Below are positions 61,526 through 64,000 of a stretch of 64,000 nucleotides of DNA, piece after piece. Source of the DNA: Vicugna vicugna (Eukaryota); contig MU057809.1 in assembly GCA_013265495.1 (NCBI GenBank), positions 1,479,062 to 1,543,061 of the forward strand. The letters are read 5' to 3'. The position numbers and the translations under genes are program-made. Numbering within the stretch: the first letter of the stretch is position 1; the number at the start of each line of letters is the position of its first letter. Under the pieces are notes generated by a model. The model did no database searches. It was not told where the DNA came from and saw only the letters and a list, made by a program, of their open reading frames with translations.

Positions 61526-61894
61526 CAATTAACAAGTTTGACATATATACACCCAATTATTAGAGAATATTCTGCTCAGATACAAGGAACATTATCAAAA
61601 CCTGACCACATAGTAGGCCATAAAGCAAGTCTCAACACATGAAGGATGTGTGTCATACAGACCGCATTCTCTGATCATGTTGCAATGCAGTTTGATGTCG
61701 TTAACGTAAATACACCTTCTGAAAACTCCAAAGTTGTAGAAATCAAAAATATACCTTCTAAATAAACTCAGCCCAGCATGTTCAACTTGTTTGTTACTGC
61801 ATCATATTAAGAAAAGATTCTGGGGTTGTCTGTTACTTCCTCAAAAAGAAATATACCCTTCCTCAAAAAGAAATATAGGACTGCCACGTGGCAA

Positions 61895-62150
61895 TTAGTC
61901 TAACAGTTAAGAGCGTAGGCTGTGGGGCCCAGGTGTCTGCATTTGAATCTTGCCTCTATCCTGTTCTAGCTGTGTGACCTTGAGGAAATTACTTAATCTC
62001 ACAATGCCTCACTTTTCCTCATCTGTAAAGTGGGAATTATAATGATACTACAATAGTACAAGGTTGAAATCACTGATGCTTAAGTAAGACCTGTAAAGTC
62101 CTAAGAAGAATGCCTGGCACAACGTAAGGTCTCACTAAAGGTTAATTATT
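61895..62150 (+). mobile_element. MIR SINE, near full length
   Basis: gttaagagcgtaggctgtgg...tagctgtgtgaccttg...ttcctcatctgtaaagtggg...tgcctggcaca. Confidence 0.85.
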
Positions 62151-62499
62151 ATTACCATTATTATCTTCATATTATTCACAATAAAATGGACACTAAGCAA
62201 TGTAAATTCTCTTGTCCAAAATCATACAGTGAGGAAATGGCGAAACCAGAATCTGACTGCTAGTCTTTCCTGACCTGCCCCCACCTGTGCTCTGTTAGCA
62301 GCATCATGCATCTCCCACAGCACAGTCCCTTCACATGCCTAAGAGGAGGTCACTGTTGCTTCCTCCTCCTGCCTCCCCAAACCCATCCACTCTGAAGCTT
62401 GGCAACCCTGGCTCACATTCTAGAAAAGATCGCTCTGGCCTCGGGTCCTTAGTATTATTTTCCCCCAGAAAACTGCCCCACCCTCAAGTCTCCCCCAGA

Positions 62500-62795
62500 C
62501 TTTCACCCTTTAGAGCTGAACTCAAACAACATTTTCTCAGAAGGACTTTCCTGACCCCAAACTTCCCCACTACACCCACCAAGCTGGGCCCACTTCCCAT
62601 TGTCTTTTCTCCTAGTGTCCCAGACTTTTCATTCCTAGCAGTTATCACACTTAAAATTATTTGTGCAATTGTATGTTGAATGTTTGTCTCCCCACCTATG
62701 TCCATGAGGCAGGGTCTGTGTGTATCTGTGCAGGGCTGGAGGCCCTGTGCTTTGCATGTGGTAGAAACTCAAATCACTGCTTGTTGGGTAAATGA
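62500..62795 (+). mobile_element. LINE-2 3' end
   Basis: ctcagaaggactttcctgacc...ccatgaggcagggtctgtg...gtagaaactcaaa...ttgttgggtaaatgagtg. Confidence 0.7.
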
Positions 62796-63120
62796 GTGGA
62801 AGGAAGGAAGGACGGAAGAAAAGGTGGAAGGATAGATGGAAGGAAAGATGGAAGGAAGGAAGGGAAGTTGGAAGGAAGGAAGGGAATTTGGGAGGAAGGA
62901 AGGAAAGATGGAAAGATAGATGGATGGGGAGTGGATGGATGGATGGATGGGTGTGTGGATGGGTGGATGGATGAACGAGTGGGTGGATGGGTGGATGGGT
63001 GGACAGATGGGTAGATGGATGGATAAATGGGTGGATAGGTGGATGGGTGTGTGGATGGGTGGATGGATGAACGAGTGGGTGGATGGGTGGACGGATGGAT
63101 GCGTGGATGGCAGGCAGGCA
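62795..63120. repeat. (GGAA)n grading into (TGGA/TGGG)n simple repeat
   Basis: Directly visible; follows an L2-like 3' end. Confidence 0.95.
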
Positions 63121-63915
63121 TAGTGTCCAGGGATCTTGAGAGCAACCCAGAGGGCCCTCTCTTAAGGGTAGGCCTTGTCACTTGTCTGGGAAGCGGGCGG
63201 GGGGACTCTCTGGGATGCTGCCAGCCATGGTTTGGAATAGAGAGTTAATTGTCTTGCTGGACAATTATCTCACCCGAAGGCAGCACGTTTCAAAGGGAGA
63301 GTTGGTTGGGGGACCCAGGCTTCATATGCTGAGGCACTTCCCTATTTGGACCTGGGATCGACTTGCTTGTCCTCCAGGCCCCTGAAGGAGAACATTTATG
63401 GGAACAGCCAGCAATTTTAAGAACCAGGCCAGCAGGCTAGACAGCGGGGTGACTTTCTATCCCAGTGCTGATCCAGTTCAGACATCACAGGGTGGTGCCT
63501 CTCCCCCTTGGTAGCAGCCCGCGGAGCTTTTTATAACATCACTGTGAGGGCAGGCTAGGGTGCAGGGATGCCTCTAGGGGCTGCTAGAAACAGCAAGCCG
63601 GTTGATGAGGGATGCATGAATACAAGGTGAGGCAGAGGGACCCAATTTCTTTAGACTCGGTTTAGCTTCACAAAAATTCCTCTAAACCCAAGGTTCTTCT
63701 CTGACTCCCACTTCAAGTCCATCAGAGTTGTATGGGAAACCTTTTTCACATCGCCTCCCTCCAGGATCCAGGCTGACCCAGCAGACTTCATTTGGAACAT
63801 GGCTGTTCACTGAGCAGAGGGAAAGAAGGAGATTAGAAGGGCTTTGCACCAACAGTTAAAGGCAAAACCTGCAAGTGACAAGCCAGTTCTGCACACGGCT
63901 TTTTGGTGGCAACTG

Positions 63916-64000
63916 GTGATGGTTAGTTTTATGTGTCAATTTGGCCGGACCATCGTACGCAGTGATTTAATCAAGCACCAATCCAGATGTTGCTGTGAAG
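63916..64000 (+). mobile_element. ERVL LTR start (MLT2-like), truncated by the window end
   Basis: gtgatggttagttttatgtgtcaatttggc...caagcaccaatccagatgttgctgtgaag. Confidence 0.8.

Larger units (their letters stand above)
58250..61770 (+). mobile_element. Ancient L1 fragments (5'/ORF1 to early ORF2) interrupted by MIR and MLT1 insertions
   Basis: A-rich strand bias; ORF1-like KIRELEDKMTEISQN; endonuclease-region remnants (ctaaacttgtttgcacctaataacatagcctcaaa, gaccacatagtaggccataaagcaagtctcaaca). Confidence 0.7.

Noticed and set aside
62774..63248. Several overlapping MDGW/PSIH-repeat ORFs
   Set aside because: Translation of the GGAA/TGGA simple repeat.
1..64000. tRNA, rRNA, snoRNA/miRNA genes, processed pseudogenes, or a second protein-coding gene
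   Set aside because: None recognised by eye. An Infernal/Rfam scan and BLASTX would be needed to exclude small RNAs and decayed retrocopies.

Overview
Mammalian genomic DNA, not prokaryotic. The window holds the 5' part of GNA12 (G-protein alpha-12) on the minus strand. It contains the CpG-island promoter (about 53.5-54.8 kb), coding exon 1 (54242-53931, 104 codons), a 39,077-bp intron 1, coding exon 2 (14853-14638, 72 codons) and 14.6 kb of intron 2. I could not find the later exons in the window. The rest is intronic or upstream DNA dense in decayed L1, L2, MIR, MaLR/ERV LTR and hAT relics, plus simple repeats. The repeat content suggests a cetartiodactyl, possibly a camelid: I saw no Alu, B1, SINEC, Bov-tA/BovB or PRE1, and there are ungulate-type L1 3' tails. 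This species call is inference only. I found no new protein-coding gene or multi-gene system, and almost all ORF-track entries look like chance or repeat-derived frames. The best leads are regulatory features at the GNA12 5' end: (1) a Met-Ala-stop uORF whose AUG can pair with the main AUG in a hairpin; (2) an ungapped 87-bp inverted repeat (79/87 identical) about 0.9 kb into intron 1; (3) two competing 5' splice sites that overlap three E2-boxes phased 10 bp apart; (4) a solo LTR with an intact target-site duplication that appears to point toward the gene. A minisatellite with a 103-bp higher-order period lies in intron 2. Repeat family names come from remembered consensus sequences and their boundaries are approximate.
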